Below are positions 12,261 through 24,460 of a stretch of DNA of 64,000 bases, in pieces. Source of the DNA: Callorhinchus milii (lineage: Eukaryota); NCBI RefSeq assembly GCF_018977255.1, contig NW_024704758.1, forward strand, positions 10,168,001 to 10,232,000, written 5' to 3'. The stretch's first letter is position 1. Each line of letters starts with the position of its first letter. The translations under genes were made by a program, and so were the position numbers. The notes under the pieces were generated by a model that saw only the letters and a program-made list of their open reading frames with translations, was not told the DNA's origin and searched no databases.

Positions 12261-12599
12261 ATTTCATTTCCATCACATATCACCGAGAAGCAGAGTATCT
12301 CAATCATTTCCGAATGATTTTTCAAGACTTAGAGTTTTCTTTCATAACCCAATGAACATTTGTATGTCAACATAGAAACATATGGCAATGACCTGTATTC
12401 TTTGACCACTTTCTCTGTGTTGATGAGCGTCAGACACATGGAATGAATTGTTTGTTGGTAGTGTGGTACCTCTGAATTATTGGTCTTTAATAATTATTAA
12501 AAAAATGTTGCCATAATTTATCACTACCTCTTGAAAGATCCTCCATATGTAGAAAATACATCCGAAGAAATATTATAAATAATCTGAAAAAACACTTAT

Positions 12600-12937
12600 C
12601 TTCGATCTCCAAATGTTAAGAGGGGTCAACTATGAGTTAACAATTAGATAGGATAGGGCTCTTCAGCTTTGACAGAGATGTCTCAAAGAGGAACTTATAG
12701 AGGCATATAAGATTCTAAATGGGATTGAGAAAGTGAAGCCAGAACAATACTTTCAGATATACCAAGACAGCAGAACAAGATGCCACAGGTTGAGGTTTGT
12801 TGAGGGCAATTTCAGGACAGACAACAGGAAGTATTTCTTTAGACAGAGGGTAATTAATGACTGGTACAGGTCCCAGGAATGGTGACTGAGAGCAGTATGC
12901 TGAAGTCATTTAAGAAACATCTCAATACTGCAATGGA
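12600..12937 (+). mobile_element. CR1 LINE ORF2 C-terminal relic
   Basis: Encodes GLFSF..., RGTYRG/LIEAYKILNGIEKV, TRCHRL, RTDNRKYFFRQRVINDW, all typical of the CR1 C-terminus. Confidence 0.8.
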
Positions 12938-14760
12938 TATTTAGTTATTAATTAAGTTATCACATGCATTCAAAAGTTACAGTGTGTGATCACATAATGA
13001 CAATAAAGGTGTCCATTTCTATACATAGAAGAAATTTCTATACCAGCATCTTATCTCCTCTGACTCAATAAAGAAGATAAGTTACCAAACGGGAAAATGC
13101 ACCAGCACTAATGGATGAAATTACCCATTTAAGTGGTAATTTCTTATGAATATCATTAAAGGATTTTCATTGAAGCATTAAAAAAAATGCATTGTAAGTT
13201 CTGAAAAGCAGGAACAATTATTAAGGGAGAACAAGGTGAGCCAATATTATACAGATAATGTAGTGAGCATCCCTGCGTATATATAATATATACATATGTA
13301 AAATACACTAAGCAACAAGGATTATTTCTCTGATGTATCTTTTCTAAATGTATTGATTTGTTAACTTGAGTAGAGGAGAAATAGAAGCTAAATTGTAAAT
13401 GATCTGCATTGGTAAGATCACGTAATAACCACAGAAGAGTTTTAATGAAAATCAATGAAAAGGCTGGATCCCTTAAAAAGGGAACCGTCTTTGCAATGCA
13501 AATGAATAAGTACTTGGAAAACAAAACCAATGAAAATCAATAGAAATAAAACTGAAGTTTAGGAATTAGTCTCTGCAAAACTAATAGTCCCAGATATGGG
13601 TAGGACGAAAACTGCAATGACTGGTAACTGGATTGAATTGACATTTGCAGTATTCTTTTCAGCGAAGGCTATACTTTGCTGGAGGACATGGATTCTAGAA
13701 CAATCAAAAATCTGAGGTGTACAACAATTCAATAAGTTACAATGCCTGCCATGGCATGCTTCCAGAATTCATGCCAGGAGTATCAAATGCACCACACATA
13801 AAAATTCTCAGTGTAAACGAGTCTTGGTGAATATCAATTGAAACGTTGTAACAAGGGAGAGAAGAATTGACAAGTTTGCATATGTTATTGTTCTTGCAGT
13901 TATTTTAATGGTAATCTTACTTTTGGCTGATTGTTGATACTTAATAGCCTTATCCCCAAATTCTTAAATGCAGTTGGATAGCATTGGATACATTGCAAAC
14001 AGAATTGCATGAATTGATCAGACACTGCTGGCTAAATATAAACCAATAAGCCTTGTGATTTCCTTGGGGATCATATTCCACATGTGGCATAAGTAACTAC
14101 TGTAGGAGGCTTCATGCCCTGGGTGAACACTGACTCCTTTAAACATCCAGTGTTGAGTAACAGCAGTCCCTTGTGAATGAAATGTTTGTTTTTGTAGCAG
14201 GAGAGACCAGAAAAGAGATGCTGGAGGCTGGGAAATTATTCTTTTCAATGAAAGGTTCAGACTTAGCTGAAGAGCACCAGGGTAGTCACTCAGCAAATGT
14301 ATTCAAAGACATGGTTGCCTTGGGAACTAAATGTATTTGACTACACACAAGTGGGAAAATGTTCACCTAGGAAGAGAGGAGATCAGGCTGTATGTAACCC
14401 TTCAGTGTGCTTATTAAAATGCGTGGATATATTCACTGTACAGTGTCACTTGCAGAATTTGGCCATTCTGTATGCCAACAGTTTGGATACTTCTAAAGAA
14501 TAAGTACATGTTCTGACTATGAAGGAGACAGATCTTCAGTTGCCTACTCATGCAGCCGATGACTCAATTGAGTTTGTGGTGGTACAATAGGGATTAGATC
14601 AGATGGATTCAACCTCTCAGTGAGAGATGTGATCACTGGAGATGTGGATGCTACAATGCACTACTTAAGAGTACAGCTTCTGGGACAATAATCTATTCTG
14701 TCAATTGGTGCTCCTTGTTTGAATGGATGTGTGGCTTAAAGCTAATCACAGAACAGGCTG

Positions 14761-14970
14761 AATAATAATAATCCTTACATTTGATGTAGCAGCTTATTAC
14801 CTCGTTGAGGCGTGTCAAGGCGCTTCACAAGATAAAGTGTAAAGTGGAATGACTGTGTATTTTGTGGGTGAAACGCGACAGCCAGTTTGCGCACAGCAAT
14901 GTCCCACAAACAGCTTTGGAGTGAGTGACCAATTTTTTATTTGGGGGATTTTTGGCCAGGATATGAGGGA
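14761..14970 (-). mobile_element. DeuSINE 3' part
   Basis: (AAT)n-CCTTACATTTGAT tail, GCGCACAGCAATGTCCCACAAACAG block and TTGGCCAGGA block. Confidence 0.8.
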
Positions 14971-15354
14971 AAGGAATGTTTTGGGCTGATGAAGATATTT
15001 CAGTTTTCCTATCCTGTTTGCTATTAGTCTGGCTGTTGTGGTGAGCCCATAATTATCAACATGCAAGATATCAATGATTAGATATCTTGCAGACCAGTGA
15101 TTCCAGTTCACTATACAAAGCACCAAACGATCATTGCACATATTCTCTACTTTTTGCTTTGTTTACTCTGCTTACATTTGTCCCTTGGAATAAGTGTACA
15201 TTCCAGTTTGGAGTCCTACATTCTCCAATACTGTTCACCAGCACAGACGCCACCAAGATTTTCCCACCAAAGATTTCCCACTGTTAAAGCCACCTTTCTC
15301 TTGCTCCCATTGATCAGGTTTCTTCTTGCTTTCCTTACACTGTATGTTCTTTGT

Positions 15355-15465
15355 TCAAATGCCAACACATATGGAGAAATTCCCTTTTGCTTTCAAATAA
15401 TGTCAAGAAATCTTTACATCCACCTGAACAGGAAGTCTTGAACTTGGTTCAATGGTTTAATGATT
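15355..15465 (-). mobile_element. Deu-domain fragment
   Basis: Reverse complement TCAGGTGGATGTAAAGATTTCTTGACATTATTTGAAAGCAAAAGGGAATTTCTCC matches the central Deu block seen at 30280-30310. Confidence 0.55.
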
Positions 15466-16699
15466 GTGCATGGCTGTCTTTACTAATACTGTGGTTTATC
15501 ATGTGCTCCACAGTGTGCCAGGAATCCCTGAGTTGAATATCTGTTTACCAGTTAAAATGTTAAAAAAAAGCAACCCATTAAATTAAATCCATTATCTCTG
15601 GATCCATAAATAACCTTCAACCTTCTTGACTGATATTGCTTATTTGTTCTTCTCTTGGTGCTTTCCTGTCCTACTGGGAGTCTGATCTTATATCAAGGTT
15701 TAGACAGCTTCAACGTAATTAAACAAATGACTGCTTATTAGTAAATTGCTTATCATTTTTATATATCAATAACTCTTAAATGTAAAATCTTCCATGATAG
15801 TATACTACCAACATTTGAACTTTGAAAACATTTTCTGAAGGAACATGACTTAGCAAATTTACATAAGGTCAAATTGAAACAAAAACAAATTACATTTGTA
15901 TAACGCCTTTCACATCGGGAGGACATCTCAAGGCATTGAAACATCAATGCTCATTTGCAAATGCATGTTGCAACATTATGAACTTGAATGAACGTAGCAC
16001 AGATTCCAAATGAAAAATCTGCAAATGTATGCGTTCAGCACGAGTAACGATAATGTGATGTTTAAATAATATGTCTAGTTGATTCCTTCAATGGAAAATG
16101 TGTGAGATAATTGAAAGCATAAATGTAGGACTTTGTTATTCGTTTACTTGAATTTTAGAAAGTCACTTGAAGTGCTGTGAAATCAAAGGCAAGGAATGAG
16201 TTAACTGGACAATTAGAAATTTGGCTGTTTATCTTTCCAGGGAGAATGTCACATGGACTCCCTTGTGTACTTTCAACTGAAACCAATTATGTTCGGCTCA
16301 AGGGAGGATGTCTCATGTATTTCTAGGTGCACTTTGAACAAGATATAATTTAAATAGAGTACGTCAAGGTCAACACTGTGAATGTTAAAAAGAAATTTAG
16401 AGAAGCTTTGTGGCACTACGTTTGTCCTATTCCCTAAAAAGGTAAGTTCTTACACATCTAGGTAATAAACTTTCAAACTACTTAGCACCTACCTTACTTG
16501 CATTGCTTCCATGCCAACACCTACCTATGAAAAATAGATTATTCGTTCATTCTCTGCCAAAAGGGCCCACAAATGCAGCTTGATTCAGACCTGAAACTAG
16601 AAAGCCTCAATGGTATACTGAGTGAACAATGACAAGGGAGAAAGTAGCTGCATCAACTCCACCTTACATTGGATACTCTCGGTCAGATTCTTGTCTCTA

Positions 16700-17500
16700 A
16701 TACAAGTGAACGCCCCCATCTCCAGAAGGGGACACCAGTCCAAGAACTAGATTTCTTGCACGGTTTTTATTCAAACAAAATACCTCAGGGATGCAATGTC
16801 AACTTAGCATGGAAAGAACTCGATTGCACTCAAACCTACTGACATCATTCCAGAGTTTTGTAGTAGCCAGATTCTCATACTGGACTGCTCTTCCAATAGT
16901 AAATGGGACAGGTTCTGCTTTAAAATGTTTCTTCTCACCTCCCGGAATCCCTTTGCCATTCTTCATCTCACCAAAGAGCACAAGCTTTGGTAGACTATTT
17001 CCGCACACTCAGTTATGCTTTGTTCAACACTGATTTGATTTGGGTGAAGATGTACCTCCGTGTAGTACTACAGTGCGTTCACAACGGGTTGAAAGTGCCA
17101 GTTTGCAGACGTGGCATCAGTAATAGGTCCACGTTTCAATGTTAAACTAGGGTGGAGATGATTACAGAATAGCATACTTGCTGTTCCCAGACAATCTTTG
17201 AATTGTCTGAGTGCTAAGCTTGCCTTTTCGATTCACCTTACCTCTGTGGTCAATAAGCCCATCACTGGACAGCATGCCAACAAGGTATATTAATTGCTTC
17301 ATAGGTTTCAGCATGAATGAAGATAGATGGTTGTTTAAAAGGCTTGGAAAGTGCTGGCTGAAACATTACTTGCGTCTTGGCGAGACTGATGGAGAGTCCA
17401 TAGTTTCTGGCTGCTGTCATGTACCTTTCTGTCATCTGCTGCAGTGTGCTTTCTGAAAGGACTCCAAGTGTACAGTCATTGTTTCCGACAGAGACCTGGG
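16700..17500 (-). mobile_element. RTE-clade LINE reverse transcriptase/C-terminal relic
   Basis: DCTLGVLSESTLQQMTERYMTAARNYGLSISLAKTQVMFQPA and LPKLVLFGEMKNGKGIPGGEKKHFK match RTE motifs (DDCAL.AHSE..LQ..F..A...FGLTIS.KKT.VM.QP; LPK.+LYGEL..GKR..GG..KRYKD). Multiple stops and frameshifts. Confidence 0.85.
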
Positions 17501-17671
17501 AATCAATAACTCTTCGAGTTATGAAAACTCCCAAACAGCATTGTAAAATATTTTACCTAAAATGTTTTTTTATTGCCAGTCAAACTGGTGATTGTACAAT
17601 GGCCTTAAATTTTCTGCCTTTTATTTCATTCCAAAACGTGAAAAATAATTTCTTGTTATTTAATAATAAAC

Positions 17672-17966
17672 ATAATCCTTGCATTTGATATAGCGCTTTT
17701 CACATCTTCTAAACATCTCAAAGCGCTTCACAGAATATGAAATGACTGTATATTTGTGGGTGAAAAGCGGCAGTCAATCGCACACAGCAGTGTCCCACAA
17801 GCAGTCATGGATTGAGTGACCAATTTTCTTATTGATTTTTTTTTCTTGATGGATTGTTATCAGGTGTGTGGAGTAAGGAAACGTGCCCAAGGTTTCACCC
17901 TGCCGGGAAACAAACCCAGGTCTCGCTTGCGAGGCGAGTGCTCTAACCACTGAGCTACAGGACTCC
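17672..17966 (-). mobile_element. Full-length tRNA-headed SINE, older subfamily
   Basis: Head GGAGTCCTGTAGCTCAGTGGTTAGAGCAC, Deu 3' block and L2-type tail. Confidence 0.92.
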
Positions 17967-18400
17967 ACTTGGAATAAAGTAATTGCTCAGAACAAAGTAA
18001 TTGCTTTCATGCAGTTCAGCAGTTAATGTGAATCAAGCAAGTGGAACACAGAAACTGTTGCTGAAGTCACACACCTGATCTTACACCTATTCCACATGTG
18101 ACATAGGAGTAAAAGTACTTTGGTTTGATGACCAGGTTTTACAACCAGGTGATTTTTAGTGTTAGGAAGCTGTATGCTGTTCTTTAATCAATTGGTCACA
18201 TCTTATAGTTTGACTTACAGGTTAAAGTTATCACCAGCTGGTAAATGGTCAGTCAAGATGTGTGGAAGTACAAAACTGACCTAAGTGCATCAGTACCTAA
18301 TTCTCCCCCAACAAAGGAATACATGGTTCATGCTGAAGCCGTGCTGTAAATCTCTTCAACACATGGTTAGCTGATCTCAGCGGGGAGAACAATAGTTCTG

Positions 18401-18580
18401 TTGATTTGATAACAACTTTCAAGAGAGAAGTAGATAGATATTTTGAGAGGACAAATTTGCAGGCCTATGGGGAGAGCGCGGGGGAATGGGATTAATGTGG
18501 ATAGCTCTTTCAAAGAGCAGGCACGGATACAATGTGCCGAATGGCTTCCTTGTGTGCTGAGTAATTCTATGATTCTATGA
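18401..18580 (+). mobile_element. CR1 LINE 3' end with (ATTCTATG)n tail
   Basis: TTFKREVDRYF..GYGE ORF end, 3'UTR, and the diagnostic ATTCTATGATTCTATGA octamer tail. Confidence 0.9.
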
Positions 18581-21403
18581 TACTACATGGAGCTCAGTGG
18601 GTAAGGGACATGAAAACTCAAATATTGCTGCAGGCAATCGCTAACTTGGCCATTCTTTATTGTTTTTCCTGGATCAACTTCTACTTACTCAAAATAATTA
18701 ATAGAACAAAGCTCTTTGCTGCATATCCAATCACAGACTCTTCCTAAACTAATTGAATGTTCATCAGTAAATGCGTGACTGACGCAGCTTCAACTTCAAG
18801 CTCTTTTCAATAGTCATGTTCACATATATTGACCGGCGAGAGTTATTGCCACCTTGTGAGTTTGCAAAAGTCTTTGGATAATGTTGCAAGTGTTTTGGCA
18901 TTCAATTCAGTCAGATTCCCAGTTGCACTGTTGCTAATCCGTTAATATTTTGATTGTCTTCCAGTAATACATCTCACTCTAGAGGTAGTTACAACAATGA
19001 CAGGAACTAAAACGGTACTAACTATATTCATGGCACTATTCACAAGACAGTCCTTGGAGATGTTCATCTTTAGCTACAAATACAAAGCCTGCATGATATT
19101 CCATTCAGTACAGCTGGAGCGTTGATGAAGTATGTATTAAAACTGATCAAACAATACTTTCACCTGGTTTGTAATCCTTTCTTTCACGCAGTCTCATCTT
19201 TCACACAACCTTTGTTCTGTTAATTATTTTGAGCTACATCAAAGATAACAATAATGTAACTGTACAATCAGCCACTGAATCATTTTCAACGTTGTTTCTA
19301 GAGTTTTATGTTGTCTTTTTTTTTCTCCTCTCTGAACAATGCTTCACATTTGCCCTGTGAGCTCTTTATTGCAAATCAACACGATTCCATGAATAATGAT
19401 AGGCTTGAGCTTGTTTTTTTCCCACCCTCAGGACTCCAGTTCAATAGAATATATGGAATAATGCACATCAATGAATTTGAGTCTGATGTGCAGCTCCCTT
19501 GCCCTAGATTTTTGAAATCTGGTAGGATATTGGCAGTGCGTTCCTAACACGTATAATTATGAAGCACCTCTAGTTAACTGGTGGGTGTTCTAGTTTTTGG
19601 GGCAGTATGTCATAATACTTTGTTCTGACCATGTGGCAAGAGTGTAATTGTTGCTGTTGATGGTTATAGTTGGACTTGTGGAGACCCTGTTGTTTTTAGG
19701 TTCGTAATATCAGCTGGCAATCAAGGTTCATGTCTGAAATTTGTGTTTGAAAGGGTAAGGAGTTGCAAATAGAGGGGTATTGTAACCCACTTCACACCGA
19801 AAAGTCATGACGACTTACTACACCAGAGTTCATTCTCACACAGGGCTCAGATGAAGTTCTCAGCCATTGAAAAGCCAATATTTCCCATTGGGCTCAGCTC
19901 ATTTCTATTGCTCTGGCTCTTGTACGGTCCATTTATTTTCTGGTCTCTTTCATTTTGCAGCTTATACATCAAGTAGAGGCAGCATTCACAGATCTGAATT
20001 GCAGATGTTCTTTTCAACATGTGCAGACCAGGTCTATTCTGCTGTCTACTGGAAAGTGTCCTGTTTTGGTTCCTGTGCTCATTTATCTTGTATCAGCAGT
20101 CCATTTAGAGATGTAACCGTTTGCAGCTTATTAGAGAACAATGTAAATGTGCCTGTGCCTTAACATTTTTGCCAGTTGGCAATGGTAAAAGGTGACGTGT
20201 TCAATCGAGCTACTACATTAGGGGTGAAAATAGCTTCTGACTAACTTTGTTGCCATTGATGGTGACATACTCGAAAGACTGCCAGCTCACTCTGGGTATC
20301 AGTGCAACAATGCGGACACAGTTCATTCCTTTTCTGATCACTCAGGCTCATCTTTCTCTACTGTCTCCGGTAAGTGAGGCAACATCAGAGGTTTACTGGT
20401 AATCCATATCAACTTTTCCAGCAAGTAATAAATCAAGCTTTTGTTGTTGGCAAAACCACATCCAAATAACTGTAAATGGCAAATATATCTGTGTTAAGGC
20501 TGCTCAGTTTAAAGTCTAATTTTAATGAAATTTTAAGCATCATTCAGTGTAATGCACCTTATTATAACAAGCAAAAGGCTTGGCTTACAAGTACTATTCT
20601 AGATCTAAAGGGATAAATGTAACCAATAAGAATGCTTGGGAGAAATGATTTATAAAATTGTTTTGCTTGATATTCATCTGCTACTTGATTAGATTGCAGT
20701 TTTAACTGTATCTTTATATCACTTGTTCTGTAAAAGAGCATTGTTTTCTGTGGCACTGATAGGGTAGTAATCTGAAAGGTGCCCACAAGGTGTTAATGAA
20801 TTATCATTTAATCTTACAATAACAACTCTGCTCTTTCTCACTACCTCAACCAAATGATCTATAAAAAGAGTTCTATTTAGCCAGGATCTTTTTATTGGAG
20901 CTTTTACATGCACCAAATGCAACTACGGTCAACAAATATTTAATAAAATCTTATTAACAAGTATTTATTTTATATCAGATCCAACAGTAGGTTAAATGTA
21001 AAATCCAACCATTTTAAAATATGGCAAATAACAATAGTTTTTTTTTGCAGAATGAGGAATGTTTGGCCAGACTTAAAATATCGGAAACCAATAGTTGAAG
21101 TTATTGTTTCATGAAAAACAATGCAATGTACGTCGAAACAGTAACAAGTCATTTGGAAAGGGAAACAAAGGCAATGCAGCTGCAGTATAAACCTAAAGGA
21201 ATTGGAAGGAAAGACTATCTTTGAAATTTACACCTGACAACCTTAGCTGACAACTATACATCCTCTCGCTTAAAACTCTACATTCCAAAAATAGCTCCAT
21301 TGCTTCAGGCCATAGATCTCTGACTATAATCTCCAATATCTGTTATTCGATCCTATAGGATTCAAGGTTGCTACACATAAAAGCATCTTACAGAATTACA
21401 GGG

Positions 21404-21740
21404 AATAATAATAATAATAATCCTCGCATTTGATATAGCGCTTTTCACGTCAGGAGGACGTCCCAAAGTGCTTCACAGAACACACTGTAAAGTGAATTGA
21501 CTGTATATTTGTGGGCGAACGCGGCAGCCAATTACGCACAGCAATGTCCCACAAACAGTCGTAGATTGAAAATGACCAATTTTATTATTGTTTTTGGTTT
21601 TGGAGGGATTATTATTAGGCTCTGTGTGGAGTAAGGAAACTTGCCCAAGGTTTTGCCCTCTGCCTGGAATTGAACTCAGGTCTCTCGCTTGCAAAGCGAG
21701 TGCTCTAACCACTGAGCTACAGGACTCCAATAAGGACTCC
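21404..21740 (-). mobile_element. Full-length young tRNA(Ala)-headed SINE
   Basis: Highly similar to the 39948-40268 and 50688-51011 copies; short duplication of AGGACTCC at its 5' end. Confidence 0.95.
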
Positions 21741-23051
21741 ACTTGCAGGAACTGGAATGAAGGACCCTCTCATTTAGAAAATAGTAACACATGAGGAAAA
21801 ATGTGTTGTGTATTGTAAAAATTCTTTCTGTTGATAACTATCACACACACACCCCCACCCCCCCGCACCCCGCCCCGCCGCCCTCTTTTCCCATAGAATG
21901 CTAAGAGTTTCTTCTTTGGTCCACAGTACCGACTCTGCAATACTACCTTGTGGGTTTCTCATTGAGCTCAGAGCTGGAGCTGAAACAATATGAACCTTGA
22001 CAAGATAGGAATAGTCACAACAACTGCTGCTTTATGCACCAATGGCAATCATCGGCATGAAATGCTCCACAGCTCACACTGCATTGCATCAGTTCATGTG
22101 TAACAAAAGTCAACCACCGCAGTTTTCTAAAGAAATTATTTCTGCCTGTTTGCATTGAAAGTTATACTCTGTTTAACCACTATTGCCTTGTGGTAAACCT
22201 AGCTTTACAGTTTAATATACAGGTGTCCTAATTATTTAGATATAATTTTAACACATTATAATAAAAGAACAAAACTTGGGGGAAATCTAGTTTTAGCTGC
22301 AGGGAGGAAAAAAGCTTTCATAAAGATAATAAGCTATTCAAAGTGATTTTCTTGTCAAAATATATCTACCATTTGTACTGAATGCCATTTCAGCATATTG
22401 GTGTTACAATATTGAATGCTGTTTGTAAGAGAAATGATGTTTGGAAGTGAATTCAAAAAGCTGTACTTCAAATGAATGGTTCTGTTGATGCCGTAAACTA
22501 CAAGAGGAAAGGTTGGAGAATTTATGATTTTCAGAGAATCCTGAAATTGAGTTGCAGCCTTTAACTTGCTCCCTTGTATCTATTTTTCACGTGAGATACA
22601 ATTTGTTTTCATTTCCAAGTAACAATTTAAAAGTGCCACAATTTTCTCCAGTTCTGCAGAGAGCCATTTATTTGCGCACGGTAAAAGTAGGGCAATAATG
22701 GTCTGGTAAAGTATTCCACAGAATTATCAATGTTACAATTGCAATGCTTATTAATATTTTTACGTGCTTCATGAAATAAAATTAATGAAAGCACTTCTAA
22801 CATTTCTGTTTTGTTCAGCCAATTTATTTATCCCCCTGGCCCTCGTGCATCTTACATTCACTTTAAAATGATGGATAGTGAAACCATCCCTTAACTCCTC
22901 ATTTTGAACAAATGCAGGTTGACTCCATTCCTTTTAGGCTTTTCCTTCATGTTCAAGGAAACTAGATCAATTGCACTTATTCAGAGTTCTACACTTGAGC
23001 TCAGGAACTCTCACGGTAGAATAGAATCACGATCAGGCCACAATTGGAATT

Positions 23052-23258
23052 AATAATAATAATCCTTGCATTTGATATGGCACTTTTGACGTCTTCTAAA
23101 CGTCTCAAAGCGCTTCACAGAAAATACTGTCAAGTGAATTGACTGTATATTTATGGGTGAAATGCGGCAGCCAATCGCGCACAGCAGCGTCCCACAACCA
23201 GTCGTGGATTGAAGTGACCAATTTATTATTCTTTTTTCATGAGGGATTATTATTATTG
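23052..23258 (-). mobile_element. 5'-truncated SINE
   Basis: Tail and Deu block, stopping at the AT-rich linker. Confidence 0.9.
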
Positions 23259-24177
23259 GAGGGAACTTGACAGAGGTCATATTAGGATTATTTTTGGAAA
23301 TTGTCTGTGCTCATGACTCTTTGGCATTTGGTGTCAGGATTGAAACCCCCCAAGATGGTTAAAGCATAACCAAATGGCATGTAAAAAAAATCTATTTTGA
23401 TTCAATTTTAGAAAAACACTCTTTCTCCACCACTTCTTATGTCCTGAAGGCCTCTTTCAGTGACTTCTAGTTGAGTGTCAATTAGTGCTGAATTGTGAAC
23501 AGTTTTGGTACAGTGAGAATCCCTGAAACATCAGATCTGAATTAAGATTAACTAGATTTATTTAACGTAGGATTGTTACACTGGCAGAAAGTGCAGAGGT
23601 TTATCCGTTTGGCCTCAAAACTGGATCTGAGTCCAGTGGTAGAAGAATGGTTTCAACCCATCTAATCCCAATGTCTTCTAATAGGAAAAAAGCTAAAAGC
23701 AGGAACAAGAGTTGTTGTTCATTTCCAACGTACATATTAATATGCTCTGGAAGTTACAAAATTATCACATTAGAAGACCGAAATCTCCATGTTTGGTTTA
23801 ATTGGGCCATTCAAAGGGTTAATAAATAAAGCTGTTTGAAAACATATTTATCAAAGCCTACAGTATGCAGTTAATTTGATGGTTTGATCATCCATATATT
23901 TTCCAAAGTCCATCCCTTGTCCTCTCTGTGGGTGGTACAAAATGGTCCAGTAGGGAAGTGCCTGTCATATTGATATATAATCTACTTTACACTGGAGATT
24001 ATAAACATTGAAAGTCTGGTGTCATTTTCAGAGTCTCCTGTATAAATAATACTATTAAATTATCTGATATCTGACCAATATAAAAACTCCTCCCCTGTGA
24101 ATTAGAGACATTTTGGCCATTTGGGATTGGATCGTTTAGATTAATTTTGGTGAATAATAGTTTACTTTAAGCTCCAC

Positions 24178-24460
24178 AAGCACATCGCCCCCATCCTTGC
24201 CCAGCTACACTGGTTCCCTGAACTACTCCAACTCGACTTCTCATCCTTACCTTCAAATCTTGCCATCCTGCACTGCAATCTTGCAACCCTATTCCCCCAC
24301 TCACAGCCTCCTCTCCGCCAACTCTCCCCTGCTTCCTATCCCCCATGCATTCTGACCCTCATCAAACAGCAACCATTCAGCCACTTTGCCTCACTCTATG
24401 ATAATCTTTATCGAAATGCCACCTCTTTCTCTGTTTCTCTGTACATCTCCTCCTACTTTG
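24178..24460 (+). mobile_element. Old L2 LINE ORF2 C-terminal relic
   Basis: HIAPILAQLHWFP...LILTFKS, matching L2 HITP.L..LHWLP..RI.FK.L.LTFK; C-rich. Confidence 0.7.
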
